This document shows, one piece after another, positions 1 to 9,798 of a DNA stretch of 64,000 nt. Source of the stretch: Candidatus Zixiibacteriota bacterium (lineage in GTDB: Bacteria; Zixibacteria; MSB-5A5; UBA10806). The stretch covers positions 46,910 to 110,909 of the forward strand of contig JAHEDG010000001.1 in assembly GCA_024641335.1 (NCBI GenBank). Direction: 5' to 3'. The position numbers and the translations under genes were made by a program. The stretch's first letter is position 1. Every line of letters starts with the position of its first letter. The notes under the pieces were generated by a model. It was not told the DNA's origin. It did no database searches and saw only the letters and a list, made by a program, of their open reading frames with translations.

Positions 1-1
1 G

Positions 2-967
2 TTGAAAACCCATATTGTTTCGGTAAAATATAATGTCGCCGAGGAAATGCAGCAGGCGGTCAAGGGTCTGTTGAGTTCGCGGGGCACAGTGGATATCGAC
101 AAAAGAACCAACTCATTGGTTATCAGGGACTTGCCTGATGTCCTGGACAGGGTCGACGAGTTGATAGTGGTGTTGGATCAGGAAACCCGTCAGATAAAAA
201 TATCGGCGCAGCTGCTCGAAGTCGAAAGCGGTTTCATCAGAGAACTGGGAGTCGATTGGAGAGTAGTGAATTTCAATCGGGTTAATGAGACCGATGTGGA
301 TCCTGCCAGCGGCGACTATCTGACCAAACCTCTTTACCCGACTAATCCGGATCGTCAGAACTTCTCCGAGGAAGAGCTTCGTCAAGCCGGCACTAAGCAG
401 ATGGCCAATGATAAGTTAGCTCAGTTTTCCTTCGCTCGTATGCAGGGTGATTACAGCATCGGGGCGATTCTGGCGACCATTGAATCGAGCAATAAGGGCA
501 AAATAATAGCCCATCCCGAGGTTACCACACTGGATAATGTCGAGGCTTATATCCAGATGGGTCAGAAGATTCCGATCAAGCAGTTTGATCCGTCGGGCAA
601 CACTATCATTACTTTTTATGATGTTGGCACGAAACTAAGAGTTACGCCGCATGTCACATCGGAAAACAGGGTACTGCTTCATCTTATACCGGAACGCAGT
701 TCTTATCAGTTCGATCCCAACGGGGTGATCATCAACAGCCAGAACGCCGAAACCAACGTGGTTGTCGAGAACGGTGAAACCGCGGTCATCGGCGGGCTGA
801 CTAATCAGGAAGTTAAGACTCTGAGAACAGGTCTTCCGATTTTGAAGGATATTCCGATTTTGGGTCTTCTTTTCGGCTACGAGAAGAAGGAAGTGGTAAC
901 CAGAGACCTGGTTATCTTCGTTACCCCGACCATAGTGGAAATGCCCGTTCAAGCCTTTACCGAGTAA
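2..967 (+). CDS. pilQ: Type IV pilus / type II secretion secretin, C-terminal part (5' end truncated by window edge)
   Basis: ORF runs from window start. Secretin C-domain motifs are present: 'VTTLDNVEAYIQMGQKIPI', 'ETAVIGGL', 'GLPILKDIPILGLLFG...VIFVTPTIV'. These are typical of GspD/PilQ secretins. Confidence 0.8.
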   Translation: MKTHIVSVKYNVAEEMQQAVKGLLSSRGTVDIDKRTNSLVIRDLPDVLDRVDELIVVLDQETRQIKISAQLLEVESGFIRELGVDWRVVNFNRVNETDVDPASGDYLTKPLYPTNPDRQNFSEEELRQAGTKQMANDKLAQFSFARMQGDYSIGAILATIESSNKGKIIAHPEVTTLDNVEAYIQMGQKIPIKQFDPSGNTIITFYDVGTKLRVTPHVTSENRVLLHLIPERSSYQFDPNGVIINSQNAETNVVVENGETAVIGGLTNQEVKTLRTGLPILKDIPILGLLFGYEKKEVVTRDLVIFVTPTIVEMPVQAFTE

Positions 968-990
968 TCAATTCTTTTTATGAGCCAGAC

Positions 991-1021
991 GGCCCCGATA
1001 GCGATCGGGGCCTTTTTTTTG
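991..1021 (+). terminator. Rho-independent terminator after the secretin gene
   Basis: GC hairpin GGCCCCGAT-agcg-ATCGGGGCC immediately followed by an 8-9 nt T-run. Confidence 0.8.
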
Positions 1022-1106
1022 TTATTAAGCCTGTATAATTGTTTACCGGCATCGGGCGGAGATATCAAGGTCGAGGAAGTATATTCCGCCTTGCCATAAA
1101 TGTCGA

Positions 1107-2894
1107 TTGCTCTTATATTCATGGCCTATGTTCAAAGACGGGAGGAATATGCATTCAAACCGTTTCCAAAATAAAAGTCTGATCGATATTCTCAAGCAAA
1201 GCAAAGACTTGTATGGCGATAAGCCATGCATGAGGAGATTCGACGGGGAGAAATTCGTCGATTTGAGTTTCCGGCAGTTTGAGAATAAGGCGCTTAATAT
1301 AGCTAGAGGCCTGTTGTCCCTGGGATTGAATCCGGAGGACCGGGTCGCTCTGCTCTCGGAGAACCGTCCCGAATGGGGAGCGTCATATTTAGGGACATTG
1401 GCCGCCGGTTGTGTTAATGTGCCTCTTGACGCGCTATTGAAGGTTTCCGGCTGGAGCCATATCATCAGGGATTCCGGCGCTGCCGTTTTGATCGTCTCGC
1501 GAAATTTCCTTCCCGAACTCGAACAGATCTTCGGAGATCTTCCGAATTTGAAATATATTATCTGCATGGACAAGCCGTTGTCCGGATCTATCGCTGTGTC
1601 GCTCAGTGAGTTAGAGGAAAAAGGCGGGCAGTTTTCGGAGGCCTTGCCAACAATAGAATCGTCCGATATTGCGGCCATTCTCTATACCTCCGGTACTACC
1701 GGCCAGGCCAAAGGGGTGATGCTGACTCACCAGAATATAGCCACCGATATCGAGGGGGTTCTGCAGAAGATCCAGATAAAAGAGAATGATAATTTCATAT
1801 CTGTACTGCCTATTCACCATACCTTCGAGTGCACCTGCGGATTTCTTACTCCGCTGGCCGGCGGGGCTTGCATTACTTATGCCCGTGGTTTGGCATCGAA
1901 GCTGATTATCGAGGATATCAAGAACAATTCGGCGACTATCATTTTGGGAGTTCCGCTGCTCTACGAAAAAATGTACGCCGGTCTGATGAAGGCGATCTCC
2001 AAGAAACCTCCTTTGACCAGACTGATATTCAAGGCTACATATGGTTTGAGCGGGATAATGCTGGGTCTTTTAAAAACCGAATCAGGCAAAGTGATTTTCA
2101 AGGGTTTGCGGGAAAAGGCCGGGCTGTCGACGTTGAGGTTGATGGTATCCGGCGGCGCTCCCATGCCTCCGGAAATCGCCAGGGCTTTTAATCAGCTCGG
2201 ATTCGCGTTTATTCAGGGGTATGGCTTGACCGAATCATCACCGGTGCTGACATTAAATCCGATCGAGAAGCGTAAGGACGCTTCTATCGGCATACCGATA
2301 CCAGGCGCCGAGTTGAAGATAGTCGACACCGATAGTCGGGGGATCGGCCATATAATCGCCAGGGGCCCGATGATTATGAGGGGATACTACAAGAATCAGG
2401 AGGCTACCGACGAGGTTCTAAAGCAAGGCTGGCTCTATACCGGCGATTCCGGATGGGTGGATAACGACGGATATTATTATATTGCCGGCCGGCTGAAAAA
2501 TGTGATCGTAACCCAGGCCGGCAAGAATGTTTATCCGGAGGAGATCGAGTCGGAGTTGAATAAATCGCCTTATATTCTGGAATCTCTGGTTATGGGCCGT
2601 TCTCTTCGTGGCCAGCGAGGCGAGGAGATTCAGGCCATAGTGGTTCCCGATTATGAATTTATCGACGCCGCCGCGGCTGAAAGAGGACAGGAGTTTACGG
2701 TCGAGGAAATAGAGCGGACAATCAAGCAGGAAGTAGCCCGATACAGCTCGTCCCTGGCCGAATACAAAAAAGTCAAATATGTACAGCTGCGCGAGGAGGA
2801 GTTTGAGAAAACCTCCACCAAGAAAATCAAGAGATATCTGTTCGGGCATAAAGCCGAGCCCATAAATCTTAAAAACGATAGCGGGAAGAAATGA
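1107..2894 (+). CDS. AMP-dependent synthetase/ligase (long-chain fatty acid--CoA ligase-like)
   Basis: AMP-binding signature 'YTSGTTGQAKGVMLTH', 'GYGLTE', 'YTGDSGWVDNDGYYYIAGRLK'. The track start is TTG at 1107. ATG at 1128 or 1149 (after GGGAGG) is a possible true start. Confidence 0.85.
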   Translation: MLLYSWPMFKDGRNMHSNRFQNKSLIDILKQSKDLYGDKPCMRRFDGEKFVDLSFRQFENKALNIARGLLSLGLNPEDRVALLSENRPEWGASYLGTLAAGCVNVPLDALLKVSGWSHIIRDSGAAVLIVSRNFLPELEQIFGDLPNLKYIICMDKPLSGSIAVSLSELEEKGGQFSEALPTIESSDIAAILYTSGTTGQAKGVMLTHQNIATDIEGVLQKIQIKENDNFISVLPIHHTFECTCGFLTPLAGGACITYARGLASKLIIEDIKNNSATIILGVPLLYEKMYAGLMKAISKKPPLTRLIFKATYGLSGIMLGLLKTESGKVIFKGLREKAGLSTLRLMVSGGAPMPPEIARAFNQLGFAFIQGYGLTESSPVLTLNPIEKRKDASIGIPIPGAELKIVDTDSRGIGHIIARGPMIMRGYYKNQEATDEVLKQGWLYTGDSGWVDNDGYYYIAGRLKNVIVTQAGKNVYPEEIESELNKSPYILESLVMGRSLRGQRGEEIQAIVVPDYEFIDAAAAERGQEFTVEEIERTIKQEVARYSSSLAEYKKVKYVQLREEEFEKTSTKKIKRYLFGHKAEPINLKNDSGKK

Positions 2895-3970
2895 TATACG
2901 GAGTAATTCTCGCCGGCGGCCGCGGGGAAAGATTCTGGCCGCTTTCACGGTATGAGCATCCGAAACAGCTTTTAAAACTGACATCCTCGAAAACCATGAT
3001 AGAGGAAACAATCGATAGGTTGGAAGGATTTATTCCGGGTGAGCGAATCATGGTCGTGACCGGGGATCATCTGAAGGATAAGATACTTCAGGCGGCCGGA
3101 TCGCTGACCGAAGATAATCTTCTTTTAGAACCTGAGGGAAAAAATACCTGTCTGGCAATAGGTCTGGCGGCCATGCATATAATGGCCAGGGATCCCGACG
3201 GTATCATGGTGATATTATCGTCGGATCATATGATCAAGCCGCGCGAACGTCTGGTATCGCTTCTCAAGGCGGGAGCGGAAGTCGCCGGTGAAGATAATCA
3301 TTTGATCACCATAGGCGTGGTGCCGACCAGGGCGGAGACCGCTTACGGCTATGTAGAGCTGGATGAACAGTATACTCAAAAGGACGGCGTCAATTTCTTT
3401 TACGTAAAGAAATTCAAGGAAAAGCCGAATCCGACGGCGGCGCAGGAGTATTATCTCGATCGCCGCCATCTCTGGAATTCCGGCATGTTCATCTGGAAAG
3501 CCGAGGTTATTCTCAATGCTATTCAGGCGCATGTACCGGAAATTTACAAGTGTCTCGAGGAATATAAGGAGAGTATCGGATCGGATCGCGAGAAGACGGC
3601 CAGGAACAAACTATATTGCGATTGTTCCAATATATCCATCGATTTCGCGGTTCTTGAAAAAGCCTCTAACGTGCTGACCATGAAGGGGGATATCAAATGG
3701 GATGATGTCGGCTCATGGTTGGCCATCGAACGGATCCATGAACGGGACAGAAACAATAACGCCTCGATAGGGGATATTATTCTGGAGGACTCTTACGAAA
3801 ATATCGTGGTTAATGACGCCCATGGTGTGATAGTCGGGCTGGGCGTTTCGGATCTGGTGATCGTGCGGACCGGGGAGATTGTTATGGTAGCGCACAAGAC
3901 CAGAGTCGGGGAGATCAAGAACCTCTTAAACAATTTTGCCAAAGATGAGAATTATGAAAAATACTTATAG
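2891..3970 (+). CDS. manC: Mannose-1-phosphate guanylyltransferase (GDP-mannose pyrophosphorylase)
   Basis: N-terminal 'GVILAGGRGERFWPLSR...PKQ' nucleotidyltransferase motif. Length and overall similarity match ManC/CpsB without an isomerase domain. ATGA overlap with the upstream gene. Confidence 0.85.
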   Translation: MIYGVILAGGRGERFWPLSRYEHPKQLLKLTSSKTMIEETIDRLEGFIPGERIMVVTGDHLKDKILQAAGSLTEDNLLLEPEGKNTCLAIGLAAMHIMARDPDGIMVILSSDHMIKPRERLVSLLKAGAEVAGEDNHLITIGVVPTRAETAYGYVELDEQYTQKDGVNFFYVKKFKEKPNPTAAQEYYLDRRHLWNSGMFIWKAEVILNAIQAHVPEIYKCLEEYKESIGSDREKTARNKLYCDCSNISIDFAVLEKASNVLTMKGDIKWDDVGSWLAIERIHERDRNNNASIGDIILEDSYENIVVNDAHGVIVGLGVSDLVIVRTGEIVMVAHKTRVGEIKNLLNNFAKDENYEKYL

Positions 3971-4442
3971 GTTGGTCATGGTAATCCTGACGATTTCGGC
4001 GGCGGTTTTGTCATGCAATCGTTATACCGCTCCCAATTCTCGTCAGGCCATAGAGGATCGGCGCACCACCAGGGAAGCCCGTTACAACCTGACAGGTTTT
4101 CCCGGCGATCAGGATGTTATTACCGCCGATGTGCCGGCTTCCGATGATACGGTTAAGGCTCAATCGGATCAACTGACCTTTCCGGAATTTGTCAAGGATA
4201 GTGAGTTGAGCGAGACCGTCTTTTCGGTCCAGGTGTACGCGTCAAAATCGAGCGAAGAGGCCTCCGAATTCGAGGCGGATACCTCGCCGTTATTCGATGA
4301 GATAGTGCGCACTGATTACCGGGCGCCTTATTATAAGGTTAGGATCGGAGCCTGCACCACACTGGAAGAAGGGGAAGCCCTGTTGGAGAAGGTCAAAGGA
4401 ATGGGATTCAAGAGGGCCTGGCTGGTCAGAGTCAGTCAGTGA
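3936..4442 (+). CDS. SPOR-domain lipoprotein (peptidoglycan-binding)
   Basis: Signal peptide with lipobox-like 'AVLSC'. C-terminal SPOR-like region 'VQVYASKS...YYKVRIGACTTLEEGEALLEKVKGMGFKRAWLV'. Start could be any of the three Met at 3936-3954. Confidence 0.6.
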   Translation: MPKMRIMKNTYRLVMVILTISAAVLSCNRYTAPNSRQAIEDRRTTREARYNLTGFPGDQDVITADVPASDDTVKAQSDQLTFPEFVKDSELSETVFSVQVYASKSSEEASEFEADTSPLFDEIVRTDYRAPYYKVRIGACTTLEEGEALLEKVKGMGFKRAWLVRVSQ

Positions 4443-4466
4443 TATTACCCGGGAAGGAAATCAGTT

Positions 4467-5072
4467 TTGAGTCATGATGACGAAATAAAAAAATGCGCCG
4501 AAGCGATCCGTAATGGACAAGTCGTTCTTTTTCCCACGGATACGGTAGTGGGATTAGGCTGCAGATTCGATTCCGAGGAAGCCATAGAGAGGATTCGCGC
4601 GATCAAGGGAATCAAGGAAACGTCGCCAATGGCGGTGCTGATCTCATCGGCGGCCCAACTCGAAGATTTGAAAATGCGAAAAAGCCTTTATTTCAACATT
4701 CTCTCGAAAAAACTCTGGCCGGGAGGATTGACCCTGGTGATTACGTCCGAGAATCATTATCCCTGCAGCGGGGCCGGAAATACTCTGGGATTGAGAATGC
4801 CGGGTTCGGATCTGGTGCGTAAAATAATAGAGTTAGCCGGTGTGCCGATATCGGCGACGAGCGCCAATCTTCACGGGAAATCCGCGCCTCGACTTATGGC
4901 CGACGTGGACAGGAAAATTCTCGATGCCGCCGATTGCGTGTTCGATCTGGAGATCAAATCGGTCGGTCTTCCGTCGACCGTGGTGAAGATCGAGGCGGGG
5001 CAGATCAGGATCATGCGTGAAGGGGCGGTTCCGGCCGGCGATATCATGGAAGCCGTCGCGGAGGATGATTGA
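4467..5072 (+). CDS. tsaC: L-threonylcarbamoyladenylate synthase (YrdC/TsaC family)
   Basis: YrdC domain motifs 'VVLFPTDTVVGLGC', 'LTLVITSEN', 'PSTVVKIE'. Size about 200 aa. Confidence 0.75.
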   Translation: MSHDDEIKKCAEAIRNGQVVLFPTDTVVGLGCRFDSEEAIERIRAIKGIKETSPMAVLISSAAQLEDLKMRKSLYFNILSKKLWPGGLTLVITSENHYPCSGAGNTLGLRMPGSDLVRKIIELAGVPISATSANLHGKSAPRLMADVDRKILDAADCVFDLEIKSVGLPSTVVKIEAGQIRIMREGAVPAGDIMEAVAEDD

Positions 5073-5563
5073 GCGATAAACACTTCAAAGTGCTTTTTGT
5101 CTGTACCGGCAATACCTGCCGATCTCCCATGGCCGAGGGGATATTAAAATCGATTTTGAAGGCCAAGGGAATAGATAATATCCTGGTATCGTCAGCCGGG
5201 ACCGGCGGCCTGGATCGTTTCCCGGCAAGTACGTTCGCGGTCGAGGCGACCAAGCACTGGGATGTCGATATCACCGGGCATTATTCGAGGCGACTGGAGC
5301 CGGCGATGGCCAGAGAAGCAGATTTGATTCTGGCTATGGCTCCGGAGCATGTCGAGTATATTCTGGAAAAAGCGCCGGAAGTTAGAAAAAAGACCTACCT
5401 GTTAAAAGGTTATCCCCGGCCGTATTCGCCGCTTCAGGAAAGGGTCAATGATCCGATGGGCGGGCCGCTGGAATATTACAACCAGATATACCTCGAACTG
5501 GACGAAATCCTTCGCCGTATCGATGGCGATATCATAAAAATGGCCGAATCCTCCGGAAGCTGA
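5069..5563 (+). CDS. Low-molecular-weight protein-tyrosine phosphatase
   Basis: Active-site P-loop 'VCTGNTCRSPMAEG' (CX5R) and the DP motif of LMW-PTPs. 164 aa. Confidence 0.85.
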   Translation: MSDKHFKVLFVCTGNTCRSPMAEGILKSILKAKGIDNILVSSAGTGGLDRFPASTFAVEATKHWDVDITGHYSRRLEPAMAREADLILAMAPEHVEYILEKAPEVRKKTYLLKGYPRPYSPLQERVNDPMGGPLEYYNQIYLELDEILRRIDGDIIKMAESSGS

Positions 5564-5567
5564 TCGT

Positions 5568-6488
5568 ATGATTAGAACCGTAATATCGGCATTCATATTG
5601 ATTTGGTGTATATATACTTTTTCGACTGCCCAGGAAATTACTATCGCTCCGGATACTCTTTTATCCGACAGCTTATCGGTCGAGGGCAGTTCGGAAGATC
5701 CGTTAACGGAAGCCGCTCCATTGGATAACGCTCCCAAGACTCCTGTTTCAAAAAATTATATCAAAGCTTCGGCTGATTCGTCCTGGTGGTACAGAAAGAT
5801 AGAGAATAAGGCGTTCGGGGTTGGGGAAAGTCTGGAGTTCTCGGTAAAATACGGATCGATTCCCGCGGGGACAGCCGTTATACAGATTCCCGAGTTGGTC
5901 GAATATGAGAGCCGTCTTTGCTATAAAGTAGTTTCCACGGCTCACAGTAATGATGTCATTTCGGTATTCTACAGGGTTCGAGATACAGTTGAAACTGTTA
6001 TCGATTATAATGGTATTTTCCCCCGGAAATTCCGCAAGCATCTTAAAGAGGGGGGATACGAGATAGATCGAACGACTTATTTCGATCAAAGACGTCACCT
6101 GGCCATAACCGGAAATGATACTATCCCGACCTACGCGTTTGTTCAGGACGCTTTCTCGAGTCTTTATTATGCCCGGACGCAGGAGCTGATACCGGGTAAA
6201 GCGGTAATGATAGATAACCATACCGACCGAAAGAACTTTCCATTGAAGCTGGAAGTTTATAAAAAAGAACGCATAAAAGTTCCTGCCGGAGAGTTCGATT
6301 GTATTGTAGTCGAGCCGGTGATGCGGGCCGAGGGTATTTTCAAAGCCAAAGGGCGGATCTGGATCTGGCTTACCGACGATCAGTACAGAATACCTGTTAT
6401 GATGAAAACCGAGGTTTTCATCCTCGGCTCGGTGACCGCCAAACTCAAGAGCTATACGCTCGGTCAGACAGAGGAAACGGTTGAGTAA
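5568..6488 (+). CDS. Secreted hypothetical protein (possibly DUF3108-like)
   Basis: N-terminal signal peptide. No catalytic motifs recognised. Weak resemblance to the DUF3108 lipocalin-like family. Confidence 0.4.
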   Translation: MIRTVISAFILIWCIYTFSTAQEITIAPDTLLSDSLSVEGSSEDPLTEAAPLDNAPKTPVSKNYIKASADSSWWYRKIENKAFGVGESLEFSVKYGSIPAGTAVIQIPELVEYESRLCYKVVSTAHSNDVISVFYRVRDTVETVIDYNGIFPRKFRKHLKEGGYEIDRTTYFDQRRHLAITGNDTIPTYAFVQDAFSSLYYARTQELIPGKAVMIDNHTDRKNFPLKLEVYKKERIKVPAGEFDCIVVEPVMRAEGIFKAKGRIWIWLTDDQYRIPVMMKTEVFILGSVTAKLKSYTLGQTEETVE

Positions 6489-7443
6489 ATTCAAGAAAAT
6501 AGATCTATCCCGTATCAGAACAATAAAGGTCGAAGATCGCCAGACTAAATCCGAAAGTTCGAGATTTGCCAGGCCGGTCGATCCCGACATGACATTGGAA
6601 GAATTATTCCGGTCTTTGCCGTCATTATTGAAAGCCTCGGACCTTTTGGAATTCGCGGGAAAAATAGCCGCGGCAAAATCGGAAAGCCGGGGTATGGTCT
6701 GGATGATGGGGGCGCATCCACTCAAGGTCGGGCTTTCGCCAGTCATCATCGATCTTGTTCAGAATGGGTTTATCACTCATCTGGCGATTAATGGCGCCGG
6801 TGTTATACACGATCTGGAGATCGCTTTCTTCGGCAAAACATCGGAGGATGTAGCCGATGGACTGGCCGACGGCAGTTTCGGGATGGTCGAGGAGACTCCG
6901 GCTTTGATATTCGAAGCGGCCGGACAGGCGGTTCGGGATGGTCTTGGATTTGGCGAGGGTATCGGGAAATTTATCAGCGATCAGGCTCCGTCATTTGCCA
7001 GGTATTCGGTTATCGCGGCTTGCTATAATTCGGATGTTCCGGTGTCAGTTCATGCCGCCATCGGCACCGATACGATATCACAGCATCCCGGATTCGACGG
7101 CGGGACAATCGGGAAGCTATCGTATGATGATTTTCTTATACTGGCCGAATCGTTATCCGGGCTGACCGGAGGAGCGGTGGTCAATCTCGGATCGGCGGTG
7201 ATTTTGCCTGAAGTATTTCTCAAAGCGTTGACAGCTGCCCGGAACATTTACGGCAGGATAGATAATTTCGCCGCGGCGAATTTCGATATGATCCAGCATT
7301 ACAGGCCGAATGTTAATGTTGTCACCAGGCCGGTTATGGAATCGGGCCGGGGGTACAGCTTCACCGGTCATCATGAAATAATGCTGCCGATTCTGGCCGC
7401 CGCGATCAAGTACAAGTTCAATGAAATCGAGAAGAGGTCTTAG
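6481..7443 (+). CDS. Hypothetical protein, possibly deoxyhypusine synthase-like fold
   Basis: 'GAHPLKVGL...INGAGVIHDLE' resembles the nucleotide-binding core of DHS-like proteins. Low certainty. Confidence 0.3.
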   Translation: MSKFKKIDLSRIRTIKVEDRQTKSESSRFARPVDPDMTLEELFRSLPSLLKASDLLEFAGKIAAAKSESRGMVWMMGAHPLKVGLSPVIIDLVQNGFITHLAINGAGVIHDLEIAFFGKTSEDVADGLADGSFGMVEETPALIFEAAGQAVRDGLGFGEGIGKFISDQAPSFARYSVIAACYNSDVPVSVHAAIGTDTISQHPGFDGGTIGKLSYDDFLILAESLSGLTGGAVVNLGSAVILPEVFLKALTAARNIYGRIDNFAAANFDMIQHYRPNVNVVTRPVMESGRGYSFTGHHEIMLPILAAAIKYKFNEIEKRS

Positions 7444-7444
7444 A

Positions 7445-8974
7445 ATGTCTCAATTGGTAGAATGCGTTCCTAATTTTTCCGAGGGTAGAGATCCGGCAGT
7501 AATAGCGGCTATAGTGGCCGAGATAGAGAAAGTGGATGGAGTTCAGCTCCTCGACCAGGAAATGGATAAAGATCACAACCGCGCGGTGGTTACTATGGTC
7601 GGAGAGGCGGAGTCGGTATTGGAGGCCGCCTTCCGGGTTATCGCCAGGGCCTCCGAGTTGATCGATATGGAAAAACATAAAGGGGAGCATCCCCGCATGG
7701 GAGCTACCGATGTCTGCCCTTTCATACCGATATCGGGAATTACCATGGAAGAATGTATCAGCCTGGCCAAAAGGCTGGGAGAACGGGTCGGCAATGAGCT
7801 TCAGATACCGGTTTATCTATATGAATCCGCGGCAATTAAGCCCGAACGGGAGAACCTGGCCGATGTTCGCAAGGGGGAATACGAGGGTATAAGGGATTCC
7901 ATTGGTACCGATCCGAAAAGAAAACCCGATTTCGGGCCGTCGAAAACTCATCCCAAAGCCGGGGCTATTGCCATAGGGGCCCGGAATTACCTGATCGCGT
8001 TCAATGTTTATCTCGGTTCGCAAAATCTGCAGATCGCCAAGAATATCGCCAACGCTATCAGGCACGCGCAGGGAGGCTATCGCTATGTTAAGGCGATGGG
8101 CTTCGAAATCAAGGAACGTCAGCAGGTGCAGATTTCCATGAACCTGGTTAATTATGAAAAAACCCCTATTTTCAGAGTGTATGAGACCATAAAATCAGAA
8201 GCCGCCAGGTACGGTGTGCCGGTCGTCGGATCGGAGATTATAGGCCTGACCCCTCTGAAAGCGATTACCAGAACCGCCGATTTTTATCTCGGTCTTGAGA
8301 ATTTCAAGATGAACCAGGTGCTGGAGTACAAACTCAAATCGCGAAAGGTCGAGTCTAAAGAGGGGATGAGGGGTTTTCTCAACCTGGTAGCGGAAAAAAG
8401 CGCCACTCCAGGCGGGGGATCGGTTTCCGCTCTGGGTGGATCCTTAGCGGCCGCTTTGGGAGCGATGGTCTGCAGATTAACTATCGGCAAGAAGAAATAC
8501 GCCGACGTTTCCGATGAGCTGTCGGGAATATTAACAAGGGTAAGCGCTCTTCAAAGCGAACTTACGTTTCTGATAGAAAAAGACTCTCAGGCCTTCGATC
8601 GGGTTATGGACGCGATGAAGATGCCGAAATACACGGAGCACGAAATCGAACAGCGGGATCTGAAATTAGCCGAGGCCACGTTAGAGGCTTCGTCTGTTCC
8701 TCTCGAGGTCATGGAAAAAGCGGTATCGGTATTGGAGATGCTTCCGGATATTGCCGAGAAAGGAAACGTCAATTCCATTTCCGATGTCGGTGTAGCCAAC
8801 CTTATGGCTCTATCCGCTGTAAAAGGCGCTTATATGAATGTCCGTATCAACCTGCCCGGATTGCCGGATAAAGGGAATCGCCGGGAGCTGGCTGAAAAGG
8901 CCGCGGCGGTGTTGAAAAAAGCGGGTGATTTTTTTGATAAAACCGAGAAAATAGTGGATAAGAAGTTAGGATGA
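7445..8974 (+). CDS. ftcD: Bifunctional glutamate formimidoyltransferase / formimidoyltetrahydrofolate cyclodeaminase (FtcD-like fusion)
   Basis: N-terminal 'LVECVPNFSEGRD' is the hallmark start of formiminotransferases. The C-terminal 'ATPGGGSVSALGGSLAAALGAMV' is the cyclodeaminase signature. The track ORF starts at 7421, but MSQLVEC at 7445 is the likely start. Confidence 0.85.
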   Translation: MSQLVECVPNFSEGRDPAVIAAIVAEIEKVDGVQLLDQEMDKDHNRAVVTMVGEAESVLEAAFRVIARASELIDMEKHKGEHPRMGATDVCPFIPISGITMEECISLAKRLGERVGNELQIPVYLYESAAIKPERENLADVRKGEYEGIRDSIGTDPKRKPDFGPSKTHPKAGAIAIGARNYLIAFNVYLGSQNLQIAKNIANAIRHAQGGYRYVKAMGFEIKERQQVQISMNLVNYEKTPIFRVYETIKSEAARYGVPVVGSEIIGLTPLKAITRTADFYLGLENFKMNQVLEYKLKSRKVESKEGMRGFLNLVAEKSATPGGGSVSALGGSLAAALGAMVCRLTIGKKKYADVSDELSGILTRVSALQSELTFLIEKDSQAFDRVMDAMKMPKYTEHEIEQRDLKLAEATLEASSVPLEVMEKAVSVLEMLPDIAEKGNVNSISDVGVANLMALSAVKGAYMNVRINLPGLPDKGNRRELAEKAAAVLKKAGDFFDKTEKIVDKKLG

Positions 8975-9798
8975 AAAGAGAGTATATCGATCTGCATGTT
9001 CATACCAACGCCTCCGACGGTATTTTCACTCCGGCCGAGGTGATTCAACGGGCCATAGAAAAAAATCTGCGGGCTTTGGCTATTACCGATCATGATACTA
9101 TCGACGGCTATGTCGAGGCCGCGAAGTGCGCGGAGGATGACGAATTGGAGGTCATTCCGGGTGTCGAGCTTTCCTGCCACTATAACGGTTCCGATGTTCA
9201 TATTCTCGGCTATTATATCGATTACGAGGTTCCGGAGTTCGTCAAGAAGATCCTCAAGTTCAGGAATGAGAGGTATGAACGGGGAGAATCCATGGTGGAC
9301 AGACTGAATGAACTGGGCATTAATCTTTCTATGGAGACGGTACGTACTATCGCCGGCAAGAGCCCGTTGGGACGGCCGCATCTGGCCGACGCTTTATTAA
9401 AAGAGGAATTCGTTCAGACATACGATGAGGCTTTCGCCAGGTATCTGGGATACCACGCTCCGGCGTATGTGCCTAAGAAAGTACTGACTCCCGAGCATGG
9501 TATCGATCTGATTCATTTGACCAGGGGGGTGGCTATACTGGCTCATCCCGGAACGTTGAAACATGACGAATATATACCGGACCTGGTGGAGATGGGTCTC
9601 GACGGTATCGAGGCGTATCATTCGCAGCACGGTAAAAGCGATCAAATGCGATATAAGAATATGGCCAAAAAATACGGAGTCATATATACAGGCGGCTCCG
9701 ATTGCCACGGACCTCGCAAAGGAAAAGTATTGATGGGCAACCAGCGGGTTCCCTATAAGGTCCTGGAGGATTTGAAGCGGATCAAGGAGAGTAAATAG
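8971..9798 (+). CDS. PHP-domain phosphoesterase (TrpH/YciV-like)
   Basis: 'IDLHVHTNASDG...ALAITDHDT' PHP motif I/II. 275 aa. Confidence 0.8.
   Translation: MKREYIDLHVHTNASDGIFTPAEVIQRAIEKNLRALAITDHDTIDGYVEAAKCAEDDELEVIPGVELSCHYNGSDVHILGYYIDYEVPEFVKKILKFRNERYERGESMVDRLNELGINLSMETVRTIAGKSPLGRPHLADALLKEEFVQTYDEAFARYLGYHAPAYVPKKVLTPEHGIDLIHLTRGVAILAHPGTLKHDEYIPDLVEMGLDGIEAYHSQHGKSDQMRYKNMAKKYGVIYTGGSDCHGPRKGKVLMGNQRVPYKVLEDLKRIKESK

Noticed and set aside
1043-1678. 211-aa minus-strand ORF
   Set aside because: Entirely antisense to the well-supported acyl-CoA ligase gene. No RBS or domain. Typical shadow ORF in GC-rich coding DNA.
5748-6749. 333-aa minus-strand ORF
   Set aside because: Antisense to two consecutive + strand genes with signal peptide and domain support. 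No motifs.
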